Program-made: the position numbers and the translations under genes | In this document: positions 46,618 through 56,529 of the stretch, piece after piece | Layout of the letters: every line of letters begins with the position of its first letter | Position numbering within the stretch: the stretch's first letter is position 1 | The notes under the pieces: model-generated | Database searches by the model: none | The model's input: only the letters and a program-made list of their open reading frames with translations | What the model was told of the DNA's origin: nothing | Source of the DNA: Elusimicrobiota bacterium | GTDB lineage: Bacteria; Elusimicrobiota; UBA8919 | Direction: 5' to 3' | NCBI GenBank assembly: GCA_028718185.1 | Contig: JAQUMH010000002.1 | Coordinates: 4,088 to 68,087 of the forward strand | DNA length: 64,000 bases

Positions 46618-47093
46618 AATTCCTCCTCATTTTTAATAAACTCGACCAATTCATCAAGCCCAAAAAATACTTCAATTTTATAATCCGCTAAAAACATATT
46701 GTCTGATTTCTGTTTAACTGTCTCGTAATCGATTTTTGCTTTTTCTCTTAATTCGTCGCGATTGTCTTTACAGTCGTGATTATACACATAAAACAAATAT
46801 CGTTTTTTTTCATCATGATACAATAGAAATCTTTCCCAGTAGAAAAGTAACCCACAATATGGACAAACGACTACATTCAGCAACCCGTTTAACATCATCT
46901 CTTTTAAATCGGGGTCAGTAGTAACGTTTATGGAATCCCATAAATCCCATTCGAATTCCTTTCCACAGGAACATTCAACATTTTGCTTATTGCTGTATGA
47001 CATATATGCGGAATTATATAAAAAAAATATTAAAAAGTAAAATAATAAAGTTCCCCGCAGCAAACTGCGGGGTATCAAATTGCCACCCCGCAC
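46614..47093 (-). CDS. CpXC domain-containing protein
   Basis: Two Cys pairs, CSCGKEF and VVCPYCG, with spacing typical of the CpXC zinc-ribbon-like domain. 159 aa. Confidence 0.45.
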   Translation of the reverse strand: MRGGNLIPRSLLRGTLLFYFLIFFLYNSAYMSYSNKQNVECSCGKEFEWDLWDSINVTTDPDLKEMMLNGLLNVVVCPYCGLLFYWERFLLYHDEKKRYLFYVYNHDCKDNRDELREKAKIDYETVKQKSDNMFLADYKIEVFFGLDELVEFIKNEEEL

Positions 47094-47185
47094 AGTTTTG
47101 TCGTAGACAAAACTAGACGTGGGGGTTCTCCTTTCCTTATCCCCGTCAAGTGAAACTTGACGGGGTATTTGCTGAAGGAGAATAA
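47047..47185. repeat. three consecutive CCCCG-loop-CGGGG hairpins between the 1073-aa gene and the CpXC gene (terminator-like)
   Basis: ccccgcagcaaactgcgggg; ccccgcacagttttgtcgtagacaaaactagacgtggggg; ccccgtcaagtgaaacttgacgggg. On the minus strand the last hairpin is followed by an A/T-rich run. Confidence 0.5.
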
Positions 47186-47191
47186 AAAAAT

Positions 47192-50100
47192 TTATTCTAT
47201 AAGCCGTTTAAAATAATCTTTTATTATTGTTTCATATTTTTGCGGATATTTTTGTCTGAGTGATTCAATTATTGATTCCCTGAATTCTTTTGGCGGCTTA
47301 TATTCGTCGATTGAAGGTATTTTTACGAAACCTTCCCTGAACCCCGTATAACCGCCTTCTTTATTACCTCTATTCCCGCGTGTTCTAAATTTACCACCCA
47401 TCCCCATTGAACCTTTGCCCCCCATACTACTCGCCTGTCCCATTTGACTTAAAGCGCCTTCTAACCCCTCTTTACCACTTAACAAATCATTGAGCGCTTT
47501 TTTTTCAAAATCAACTGCTGACGGGTCATTGGCGTTTGAAAGTTCATCACTAGCCGAACCCATCGCTTCCTGGGACGATAAAATCTTTTTGGCAGCATCT
47601 GACGGTATGGAAAGCGTCTTGCTTAATATTCCAAGGACTTTTTTGTGCAGTAATTGTGCCTGTTTTTGATTTAATTTTTGTGTTTTTGACAGTTGATTAT
47701 GCTTTTCTAAATCGTTTTCTGTAAAAATACTTGTTTTTGGCGGTGCAAATTTCTTCAATTCATTAAGAATCTCCTGTTCAATAGTTTTGCTTGATAAAAC
47801 ATATTCAGCAGATTTTTTAATATTTACATTTTTGGATATATTTTCAAGTTCCGCTATTATTGTTATTAATAATTCATTTGACTTTTCAATTTTTTCATCG
47901 GTAAATTCCTTTAAAACAATTCCCATCTGGGTTTCAGGCTGGACATAAAGATTAAAAACAGACGGATGTGTTGTTGTGCTTTTTTCAATAATTGTTTTTG
48001 AATCGTTGAGTCTGGACATTGCCAATTTCTGTTTTTCTACAAGTTTTTTAAGCAATTCTTTTTGCAATGACAATATCTTCTTTGCCCGTTGCATGTCCAA
48101 TTCCTGAGTACTATTCAAAATCTTCCGCTGTTCTTCTACTATCTTGTCCAGGTCATTAAGCGATTCTTCTGTTTCCTTTTGAAGTTTCTGCTGTGCACTG
48201 CTTGTTGTTGAATTTGAAGAATTTTCCATTGTATTAAGGATATCGGATATTTGCTTGCTGAGTTTTTCAGCAAGCTCTATCGCTTTATCAATATTACCGG
48301 ATTGAAGAGACCACTTCATTTCATCTGCTGCCGATCTCATTTCAGTAAGATCTATTTTTTTCACATTCTCATCGTTTGCAAAATCTTCCGGTAATTTTTG
48401 CGGCATTTCTGAAACTTTTTTTGATAATTCTTCCATCAGCTTGGAAAGTTTTTCATTTGCTTCCTGAAGTTTTTTCATCTTTTCCGGATCTGAAAAATTT
48501 TTCATATCTTTAAGATTTTGTTCTATATCTGACGAAGTATCCGCCATATCTCTTACAGTGGAAAGCATATCTTCCATTTTTTGTTTTTTAGCAATATCTT
48601 CTGAAAATACACCCAGTCTTTTAAGTTCTTCTATTATTTCATCCTGTACCCGTTCCGCATTATCATATTGTTTATTAGAAAGCGAATCCTCAGCTTCGTT
48701 CATTTTCTGTTCCCCGATTGTCTTTGCCGCTTCAAGTAAATTTTTATACTCTGAATATGCATTATAATCAGTTAACGGATCGTTTGCCATTTTTTCCACT
48801 GTCTTACTGAATTCATCTGTTGCTTTATTCATTAACTCCTGTGCATTTTTCTGCATATTAGCAGCATTTTCAATATCACGTTTAGCAAGTGATGTTCTGC
48901 TCTGAAGCTGTCTGGATAATATTTCCTGCAATTTCCTATTGAAATCAGATATTTCATCTTCTATAATTTTGTGTTCCATTTCATATGACATAACCTCAAT
49001 ACTATATGTTTTTGAATTTCCGGTTAAATGAGCAGGATAAATATTATTATCTGCAACTTCAAGACGATATTGGATTACATCGCCCGGTTTCAACCCCAAA
49101 TCAGCTACTGATATTTCATAATCATCTAATATTTTCTGTGTAGGTTTTATAAATGATTTTATTTTCACCTGTTTTTTAAGCGTTAAATAGTCTATATTGA
49201 TTTCTGATATCCCGAAATCATCTTCTGCGGAATAGATAATTTTTAATTTTTCATTTTCCGAAACTATAATATCGCAGGCAGGAGCAACTATTTCAATAAC
49301 AGGCGGACTGTTTTTAGTTACGCTAACCTTGTACTTCACGGGTTGCCTGTAGATATCCCCGTCAATAGAAACTGCTTCTATCCAGTATTCAGTTTGATTT
49401 TGTATTACAAATTGGGAAGTAATTAGATTTTTAGAAATATCCATTTTATTTTTTTCATTCATATCGGTTATCAAAAATGCTTCTTTGGCTTTTTTATTTG
49501 TCTGTGCAGTGATTTTAACCGTAGTACCTACCGGCGCTTCTATATCGCTTTCTTCAACAATTTTGTCCGGTAATCCTATGTATGAAGGATATATATATTC
49601 AAGTTTTATATCAGCGATTGTAAACGGCGAAGTTATTTTCACATCATACTTATGTGATTTATTGTCCAATACTACGACATAATATTCTGTATTATCTGTT
49701 ATTTTTTCAATAGCCTCCGCATATTCGCCTTTACCTGTTTTTTTCATTTTCTTTTTATGCCATTCACTGTTAGCTTCTCTAAAATAAAGATATGGCGTTG
49801 ATTTGTCAGGTTTAACAACTGCACGAATATTCACATCACTACCAAGATTAACTGAAATATCTCCTGGCAAAACTGCAATTTCCATCGCCGAAAGAAAAGG
49901 TATTAAATATCTTTTTAATTGAAGTGAATTGAAAAATAAAGCAAAATTCACCAGGAAAATTAAAAATACAATGATAATATTTTTCAATGGTTTGAAATCT
50001 GTGAATTTTTTTAATAAATCCTTAGAAATTTTTGATGATGTGATTCTTACGAATTCTTCGGCAAATAACGATGATGTTTCGGAATATTTATTATTTTTAA

Positions 50101-50413
50101 GTTGAATTGCATTTATCAAGTCATCTTTCAATGTGCTGTTTTTTTTCTGAATCAAAATCGCTATATCTTCATTTGCTGTTTTTAAATAAATTATTTTTAG
50201 TATTATCTTCATAATAAATACTATTGAAAACACAATCATTACCAGCCATAGAGAGACTCTTAATGCATATGACGATAAATTAAAAATATCGGCAAAATAA
50301 TTTATAAACACAATAAAAAACAAGAATATGAAGATTTTTGTAATATTTTCAACAATATACAAAAACATTATCCTCTTCTTTGTCTTTGATATTAAATTAT
50401 TTATATTATCCAT
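47192..50413 (-). CDS. large membrane-anchored coiled-coil protein (possibly DUF4175-like), unknown function
   Basis: 1073 aa. Three N-terminal TM helices, an Ig-like segment, about 500 aa of E/K-rich coiled coil, and a basic Gly-rich C-terminus. DUF4175 often accompanies DUF4159/BatA-type genes. The assignment is tentative and from memory. Confidence 0.45.
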   Translation of the reverse strand: MDNINNLISKTKKRIMFLYIVENITKIFIFLFFIVFINYFADIFNLSSYALRVSLWLVMIVFSIVFIMKIILKIIYLKTANEDIAILIQKKNSTLKDDLINAIQLKNNKYSETSSLFAEEFVRITSSKISKDLLKKFTDFKPLKNIIIVFLIFLVNFALFFNSLQLKRYLIPFLSAMEIAVLPGDISVNLGSDVNIRAVVKPDKSTPYLYFREANSEWHKKKMKKTGKGEYAEAIEKITDNTEYYVVVLDNKSHKYDVKITSPFTIADIKLEYIYPSYIGLPDKIVEESDIEAPVGTTVKITAQTNKKAKEAFLITDMNEKNKMDISKNLITSQFVIQNQTEYWIEAVSIDGDIYRQPVKYKVSVTKNSPPVIEIVAPACDIIVSENEKLKIIYSAEDDFGISEINIDYLTLKKQVKIKSFIKPTQKILDDYEISVADLGLKPGDVIQYRLEVADNNIYPAHLTGNSKTYSIEVMSYEMEHKIIEDEISDFNRKLQEILSRQLQSRTSLAKRDIENAANMQKNAQELMNKATDEFSKTVEKMANDPLTDYNAYSEYKNLLEAAKTIGEQKMNEAEDSLSNKQYDNAERVQDEIIEELKRLGVFSEDIAKKQKMEDMLSTVRDMADTSSDIEQNLKDMKNFSDPEKMKKLQEANEKLSKLMEELSKKVSEMPQKLPEDFANDENVKKIDLTEMRSAADEMKWSLQSGNIDKAIELAEKLSKQISDILNTMENSSNSTTSSAQQKLQKETEESLNDLDKIVEEQRKILNSTQELDMQRAKKILSLQKELLKKLVEKQKLAMSRLNDSKTIIEKSTTTHPSVFNLYVQPETQMGIVLKEFTDEKIEKSNELLITIIAELENISKNVNIKKSAEYVLSSKTIEQEILNELKKFAPPKTSIFTENDLEKHNQLSKTQKLNQKQAQLLHKKVLGILSKTLSIPSDAAKKILSSQEAMGSASDELSNANDPSAVDFEKKALNDLLSGKEGLEGALSQMGQASSMGGKGSMGMGGKFRTRGNRGNKEGGYTGFREGFVKIPSIDEYKPPKEFRESIIESLRQKYPQKYETIIKDYFKRLIE

Positions 50414-50447
50414 AATTATTAAATATTATGTGGCTATTGAAAAATTT

Positions 50448-52292
50448 CTATTTTATTAATTTCCCCTTTGCTATTTCAAGATACTTTTTTGCTTCACTGT
50501 TATTTGGATTATTTTTAATTACAGTTTGTAATTCAACAATAACTTTCTTCCAATCGCTTTTTTGCCAATATAAAATTGCGAGCTCATAATGTACATCTGT
50601 ATAATTTGGATTTAAACGTAAAGCCTCTTTGAATTCTTTTATTGCAGCATCAGTGTTGTTAACGCGGGGGAACATTCTGCCTAGATTAAAATGAATATCA
50701 GCATTATTTGTCATATCATAAACAAATATAGAATACCCTATTTTATCTACAGGTTCGTATTTTTTTAACCAATCGAAAGCATGAATATCACCTAAATATA
50801 AACCTTGCAGATAAGTGGCACTTACAGCTAAAAGATTCTGTCCCTTTTTATTTACATAATCAACTTCCGGAGAACAGACAGGCGTTAGTATATGCTGTCC
50901 CTTTAGTCCATAGTACATTGAGTCACCTTGTCCAAAATAACACTCTACTAAATTTGCCGGTTTTACTTTATCAATATATTTTTTAAGACCCTTTAAATCC
51001 TGCCCCCAGTCAAGATTTGATTCTACAACATATTTCCACCCGTTCTTTGGTCCGCCGATAAACTCATTAAAATATGCCAGATGATGAGGGAATATACGTA
51101 CAGCCGAATAAAGATACCACAGACAAAGAAATAACACTGCCATTTTTTTTACTATCTTGCTATTTGCATTAACTGCGTTAAAAACATTAACCACACTTCC
51201 TGCCAATACAAAAAGGAACGGGTAAACAGGCAGTATATATCTTAATCCTAATTGTGTTTGACTTTTAGATGCACTAACAAAAAATATAAATGCCGGAAGA
51301 AAAACAAATATTTCATCATTATTCCACAAGCATTTCATATGCTTGTGGCTTATTTTTATCAAACTCCAAAACAACAATATTATAAATGGAACCGGCGTTT
51401 TTATTAAAAATGCTATTATAAAATAATACCACCAACCGCCTGACGAATAGCTTCCCATTAGAAAATTAGGATTTCCTGCTTCTTTTGTTTTAACAATTAT
51501 AGATGAAAAAACGATACTTATTCCTTTAAAATATGAACCTATACCTGTCACCCTGTAGGATAATAAAATAACACAACATGCAATAATAACAGAACTTATC
51601 AATCTCCACCATTTTTTGTTTAATTTATTATATTCAAAACCTGCTAAAAGCATAAATACAGGAACAAGCACTATACTCGAGACTTTTGATACCTGAGCCA
51701 AACCAAAACAAAACCCTACTAATAAAGCATTTAACCAAGTTTGTTTTTTAGAAAATTTCCAGAAAAAATATACACTTAAAAATATAAAAACCGTTACCCC
51801 AAAATCCGTTGTTGCAATTCCAGAATGCGATATAATGTCAGCTGAGAAAGAATAAAGAAATAATGTCAATAACCCCGCCTTCACCCCATATAACCGGCTT
51901 GAAAATTTGAAAACAAAAAAACCCAGCAAAAGAGCCAGAATAAATATCGGTATTCTGCCAAGAAAAAGTATTTTATCAGCACTTGTTGTATTTTCATATA
52001 GGAACTTTTTTCCGTAAGCAAATAGTTCTCCGGCATTGTCTTTTAAATTTTCCGGAGGAAGAGGCGGAAGTTTTAATTTAAGCGGTAATAGAAAACTTGC
52101 AGATAACATTCTCAAAAAAGGCGGATTATTCGGTGCAAAACTAAAATCCCCTGTTTTTAAATTATAATACCCTACAGCTAAATAATGCGGTTCGTCATAA
52201 ACCGGGCATTTCGTCCATGGACCAAATGCAACCTGGAGTCCAAAAACAATAAAAAGAAACATAATAATCAGCAATTCAATCTTTCTATTCAT
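50448..52292 (-). CDS. GT39/ArnT-like (PMT family) membrane glycosyltransferase with C-terminal TPR repeats
   Basis: About 12 TM helices in the first 420 aa, with a PMT/ArnT-like arrangement. The C-terminus has 3 or more TPR motifs (NLGRMFPRVNNTDAAIKEFKEALRLNPNYTDVHYELAILYW...). Confidence 0.55.
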   Translation of the reverse strand: MNRKIELLIIMFLFIVFGLQVAFGPWTKCPVYDEPHYLAVGYYNLKTGDFSFAPNNPPFLRMLSASFLLPLKLKLPPLPPENLKDNAGELFAYGKKFLYENTTSADKILFLGRIPIFILALLLGFFVFKFSSRLYGVKAGLLTLFLYSFSADIISHSGIATTDFGVTVFIFLSVYFFWKFSKKQTWLNALLVGFCFGLAQVSKVSSIVLVPVFMLLAGFEYNKLNKKWWRLISSVIIACCVILLSYRVTGIGSYFKGISIVFSSIIVKTKEAGNPNFLMGSYSSGGWWYYFIIAFLIKTPVPFIILLFWSLIKISHKHMKCLWNNDEIFVFLPAFIFFVSASKSQTQLGLRYILPVYPFLFVLAGSVVNVFNAVNANSKIVKKMAVLFLCLWYLYSAVRIFPHHLAYFNEFIGGPKNGWKYVVESNLDWGQDLKGLKKYIDKVKPANLVECYFGQGDSMYYGLKGQHILTPVCSPEVDYVNKKGQNLLAVSATYLQGLYLGDIHAFDWLKKYEPVDKIGYSIFVYDMTNNADIHFNLGRMFPRVNNTDAAIKEFKEALRLNPNYTDVHYELAILYWQKSDWKKVIVELQTVIKNNPNNSEAKKYLEIAKGKLIK

Positions 52293-52303
52293 ATATTAAG
52301 AAA

Positions 52304-52396
52304 CACGAATTATCACGAATGTTATGACACATCACGAATTTATCACGAATATTCGTATCCTATTCGTGATTTTTTGGTTATTCGTGTTCATTCGTG
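52304..52396. promoter_or_regulatory. dyad array: 4 copies of CACGAAT followed by 4 copies of ATTCGTG, centred on the perfect 12-bp palindrome ACGAATATTCGT
   Basis: aaaCACGAATtatCACGAATgttatgacacatCACGAATttatCACGAATATTCGTatcctATTCGTGattttttggttATTCGTGttcATTCGTGtat. It fills the whole gap between the first DUF2723 paralog's stop (52388) and the GT39 start (52292). Confidence 0.6.
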
Positions 52397-54568
52397 TATT
52401 TGAGCGTTTTTCCTTGCCATGTAAAGATATTTCTGGGCATCGATATTGTTTGGATTGATTTTTAGAGTTTTTTCAAGTTCTTCAATAACTTTATCCCATT
52501 TATTAAGACGCCAATATGCCACTGCCATATTATAGTGTGCATCCATATAATCGGATTTAATTTTGACTGCTTCGTTATATTCGGAAATAGCTTCATTAGT
52601 TTTGTTTTGTTTTTCATAAATAGTCCCAAGATTATTATAAACAATTGCCCAATCGTAAAGAATTGAATCAACCACTTCCGGAAAAGACTTATATTCAATT
52701 GCATCATTGTACATTTTTGTATAATATTTTATTGATTCCTTATAGTAATACTCGGTTTTTTCTAAATCATTTTTTTGATAATAAAGCCAGCCGAGATTAT
52801 AATATATAGAAGGATAATCTTCTTTTATTGATATTGCTTCATTAAATTTTATTATTGCATCTTTTTCTTTATCTTCCCTCATAAAGAAAAGACCTGCTTT
52901 GAACAAAGAATCGGCATATTGTGAGATAATTTTCTGTGTAAAAAAATCCGGATATGCAGATGCATTGAGAACGCTTCTCTTTATGTAAAATTCCACAAAA
53001 TTAACCGGCTTATCAAATACTGTTTTTATATCTTTTACCTGAAAAACCAGCCCATAAGGATAAACATAATATTTCTGACCAAGCATTTCGTAATCTTCAA
53101 CATCACTTGTAAAACAGACATTCCTGTTTTTATTGAATATATAAAACTGGGAAAATGTATCCGGATTATTTAATGAAAAAACATCCGTATTTTTATATTT
53201 TTTTAACGTTTCCTGATACCATTTACTTCCCGAAAGTCCTTTTGCTATAACTGTAATATCATTACGTTTATTTTCCACATACTGTAAATACCATTCTGAA
53301 AAAACCTGAATATCTTCTCTTGATATAATTATTGAATTGGCCGGAAGAGACCTGAAAACGTTCCTTGCAAAATCGTATGCAGTAAAATTATTACGCATAT
53401 TTTGTTTACCTATATTTAATGTAAATAACCATATTGGAATTATTAAAAAAATAATAGAAACCGTTTTTAACTTTCGGGACACAAAATATATCCCGAAACC
53501 AAACCACAAAGCAAGCATTAAATCAGAAATTAAATAGTGCGGTTCCACAATTGCAAGTGCATACGGGTTAGGCGGCATTTTAGCAATTGTAATGAAAAAA
53601 GGTCCTGTGATAATGTAAATCATTAATGTTGATATCAAAAAATCCTTTTTTGCTTTATACAAATATAAAAATCCAAAAAATACTATCGGAATACCAATAA
53701 TGGTAAATAGATTAAAAGTTCTTTCTAAATAGACCTTCATTCCCGAGTAAAAAACATCACTGATTTTATATCTTGTGGAGATTAAATCCAATGTTTTCCC
53801 GTGCGTTTTACGGGTAATTGTATCCATTACTGTCTGTATATTATCGGGTTTATTCCAATTTAGATATGGCTGAGTTTTTGACCTTGCAGGCAAAAATGCA
53901 AATATAGAAAAACCAAGAAAAAACAGAATTACATAAGTAATTATATTTTTAATTGAAAAAAGGTTTTGTATTTTACTCTTTACAACCCAATATAAAATCC
54001 CGGGAACAATTAAAATTATCTCAATACGGTTGCCTGTCGCTAGCCCTAACAGGAAAGAAACGAGTAACAAGTAACGAGTAGTGAGTAATAAATAAATTAT
54101 CAATACAATAAAAAAGATGTTTAGAGTATACATTTCCGCGACTACTGAAACAGACCATAAGGTCTTGGAAAAAGCAAAAATAAGAACAGGTAAGCAGGCG
54201 GATAATAAGAAAGCGGGATTGTGCGATTGTGGGATTGTGGAATAGAGAGAGTGCGGGATTGCGGGATTGTGGGATTGCGGGATAGAAAAAGAACAGGTCA
54301 ACTGCTTTATAATCAAATATATGATACTACAAGTTAAAGCGCCAAAAACAGCACTCATGCAGTTTACACGATAGGCTATATTTCCGAATGGAATTAAAAT
54401 TGTAAAGATTTTTCCAAGAACCACATATAACGGATACCCGGGCGGGTGAGCTATTCCATACTTGTAACAAACAGATACCATCTCTCCTGCATCACGATAG
54501 ATTGCAACCGACGGGAACAATGTATAAACAAACACCCAAAATGTTAATAAAAACAAGAAATAAATCAT
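52388..54568 (-). CDS. DUF2723 (TMEM260-like putative protein O-mannosyltransferase) membrane protein with a C-terminal TPR domain, paralog 1
   Basis: DAGEMVSVCYKYGIAHPPGYPLYVVLGKIFT matches the DUF2723 N-terminal signature. Multi-TM domain. C-terminal TPR repeats. 4-bp overlap with paralog 2. Confidence 0.6.
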   Translation of the reverse strand: MIYFLFLLTFWVFVYTLFPSVAIYRDAGEMVSVCYKYGIAHPPGYPLYVVLGKIFTILIPFGNIAYRVNCMSAVFGALTCSIIYLIIKQLTCSFSIPQSHNPAIPHSLYSTIPQSHNPAFLLSACLPVLIFAFSKTLWSVSVVAEMYTLNIFFIVLIIYLLLTTRYLLLVSFLLGLATGNRIEIILIVPGILYWVVKSKIQNLFSIKNIITYVILFFLGFSIFAFLPARSKTQPYLNWNKPDNIQTVMDTITRKTHGKTLDLISTRYKISDVFYSGMKVYLERTFNLFTIIGIPIVFFGFLYLYKAKKDFLISTLMIYIITGPFFITIAKMPPNPYALAIVEPHYLISDLMLALWFGFGIYFVSRKLKTVSIIFLIIPIWLFTLNIGKQNMRNNFTAYDFARNVFRSLPANSIIISREDIQVFSEWYLQYVENKRNDITVIAKGLSGSKWYQETLKKYKNTDVFSLNNPDTFSQFYIFNKNRNVCFTSDVEDYEMLGQKYYVYPYGLVFQVKDIKTVFDKPVNFVEFYIKRSVLNASAYPDFFTQKIISQYADSLFKAGLFFMREDKEKDAIIKFNEAISIKEDYPSIYYNLGWLYYQKNDLEKTEYYYKESIKYYTKMYNDAIEYKSFPEVVDSILYDWAIVYNNLGTIYEKQNKTNEAISEYNEAVKIKSDYMDAHYNMAVAYWRLNKWDKVIEELEKTLKINPNNIDAQKYLYMARKNAQIHE
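54211..54290. repeat. imperfect 8-bp tandem repeat tract (GGGATTGY)n inside paralog 1, encoding an (I/A)PQSHNP low-complexity loop
   Basis: gcgggattgtgcgattgtgggattgtggaatagagagagtgcgggattgcgggattgtgggattgcgggatag. The encoded peptide is FSIPQSHNPAIPHSLYSTIPQSHNPAFLL. Confidence 0.7.
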
Positions 54569-56529
54569 AATCTTTTTTTAGCTATTTCCAGATAATTTTT
54601 CACATCAGCTCTTTCCGGATTTATCTGTAAAACTTTTTCAAATTCTTCCACCACACCCTGCCAGTTTTTCATATCCCAGTATAAAGCTGCTAAACTATAA
54701 TGTGCATCTTCATAATTTGGGAATATTTCAATGGCATTTTTAAACATTAATATCGCCGTATTTTTTTGATTAGTTTCAATATAATACTTTGATAATGTAA
54801 GATAATAAAAATAAGCTAAAATAGCATCACGAAACCTCGAATACTTTCCTCTTAATGCATAAATATAAGAAAAATCATGTTGAGGCATTTCCTTGTTAAG
54901 TGAATATAAAAGCCCTGCATTATAAAATTTCATATCACTGAAATAATCAGGATTTTCAGCTAAATAATAAGTGCTTTTCCCGCTATCTAAAATCATTTTT
55001 CTTTCAATCGGCAACCTAACCATCCGCCTTTCACTACCCTTAATCCAATAATACCTATCACCATATATGTTGGGAAAAACACTTGCATTACAGTCAAAAA
55101 CATCTACTGTCGGCCTTCTTTTTTCAACTATTTTCTGATATGCAAGAATAAATACAGATTCATCTGCTTTATCCAGAAAAAGCAATGAGTTATTTGAAAC
55201 AGTTTTCAAAATATTTTTGCCGAGGTCAAACGGGAAGAAATTGTATCTTAAATTGTTTCTTTGAAAGTTTGCCGAAAACTGGAAAACCAAAAATCCTGTT
55301 ATAAAAATATAAGCCACGAACGTGCAAACCGCTTTATGGTAAACCCAGGTTGTTTTATCGACTATATACTTTACCCCCATACCAATCCATATTGCGAATA
55401 TTATTACTGAAGGTATGTGAAAGGGTTCGAGCAGGTCTCTCGTAGAATCATCTACAGGTTTATTAGCCAAAAACATAAAAATTGGTCCAGAAAAAAAGAA
55501 GATTAAAAATAGAAACCAAAAATATTTCTTTTCTTTTTTATAATTATAAATAAAACCGGTAATTCCTAAAATAGATCCAAAGACAGTAAATGAATCTACG
55601 ATATTTTTAATATATTCCCAAAGCTGCTGCATCAGCAGAGGCAGGGGTCTAAATAAATATCCCCCTTTCTCTTCAATATGCATTACACCGCCGTATCCTA
55701 TCCTGAAAACTACTCTTAAAAAATTTATAAACTTACCGGGATTGTCCCAATTGGCTATCGGATTTTGGCGGGAACGAATAAACAAATATAAATATAGTGA
55801 AAAACCAAGTAAAAAAAATAGCGTCCAATGTCCGATGTCCCTGCCCCGTGGCAAGGCGGGCGATGTCCAATGTCTTAAAGGTTTATTTTGAACTGAGTTT
55901 GCTCCGCTCAAAACAGGATACTTAGGACTTTGGAGTATTAAATATAACATACCGGGAAATAAAAGTACTAGTGTATGGTGGTTACAAAGCCCTAAACCGA
56001 ATAAGAAAGAAATGAGTAACGAGTAACGATTAACGAGTAATAAATAAATAATCAATATGACAAAAAACGCGTTTAATGTGTATATCCCGCCTTTTGTCTG
56101 GACACATTGAGACCAAAATATATTAGAAAAAGCTAAGAAAAAGGCGGATAAGAAAGCGGGAAAGCGGGAAAGTGGGAAAGCGGGATTGTGCGATTGAGAG
56201 ATAGCGGAATCGTGGGATTGTGCGATTGTGGGATTGTGGGATAGAGGGTCAGCGGACGAGCTGGTAAGATGCTTCATTAACAAATACATTATACCGCAGG
56301 TTAATGCTCCGAAAAAGACGCTCATGCAATTTACACGATATGCTATGTTTCCATAAGGGATTAAAATTGTAAATATCTTCCCAAGCAACACATACAACGG
56401 ATATCCCGGCGGGTGACTAATACCCAAAACGTACGAAGAAGTTATAAGTTCGCCACTATCGCCTGTACATACAGTAGGTGAAGAAGTGAATAGTAATATT
56501 CCTAAGTTTATCAAAAATACTATTATCAT
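54565..56529 (-). CDS. DUF2723 membrane protein with a C-terminal TPR domain, paralog 2
   Basis: GDSGELITSSYVLGISHPPGYPLYVLLGKIFT. Same architecture. 4-bp overlaps on both sides. Confidence 0.6.
   Translation of the reverse strand: MIIVFLINLGILLFTSSPTVCTGDSGELITSSYVLGISHPPGYPLYVLLGKIFTILIPYGNIAYRVNCMSVFFGALTCGIMYLLMKHLTSSSADPLSHNPTIAQSHDSAISQSHNPAFPLSRFPAFLSAFFLAFSNIFWSQCVQTKGGIYTLNAFFVILIIYLLLVNRYSLLISFLFGLGLCNHHTLVLLFPGMLYLILQSPKYPVLSGANSVQNKPLRHWTSPALPRGRDIGHWTLFFLLGFSLYLYLFIRSRQNPIANWDNPGKFINFLRVVFRIGYGGVMHIEEKGGYLFRPLPLLMQQLWEYIKNIVDSFTVFGSILGITGFIYNYKKEKKYFWFLFLIFFFSGPIFMFLANKPVDDSTRDLLEPFHIPSVIIFAIWIGMGVKYIVDKTTWVYHKAVCTFVAYIFITGFLVFQFSANFQRNNLRYNFFPFDLGKNILKTVSNNSLLFLDKADESVFILAYQKIVEKRRPTVDVFDCNASVFPNIYGDRYYWIKGSERRMVRLPIERKMILDSGKSTYYLAENPDYFSDMKFYNAGLLYSLNKEMPQHDFSYIYALRGKYSRFRDAILAYFYYLTLSKYYIETNQKNTAILMFKNAIEIFPNYEDAHYSLAALYWDMKNWQGVVEEFEKVLQINPERADVKNYLEIAKKRL
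56150..56244. repeat. 8-bp tandem repeats (GCGGGAAA)x3 followed by an imperfect (GGGATTGT)n tract inside paralog 2
   Basis: gcgggaaagcgggaaagtgggaaagcgggattgtgcgattgagagatagcggaatcgtgggattgtgcgattgtgggattgtgggatag. The encoded peptide is SADPLSHNPTIAQSHDSAISQSHNPAFPLSRFPAFLSA. Confidence 0.7.

Noticed and set aside
54040-54110. Heptamer GAGTAAC x4 tracts in DUF2723 paralogs 1 and 2 (also at 56010-56050)
   Set aside because: They encode the Leu-rich TM helix LLLVxRYLLL shared by both paralogs. The similarity is explained by paralogy and codon bias (TTA/CTC Leu codons) rather than by an independent slippage-prone tract. Noted but not called a contingency repeat.
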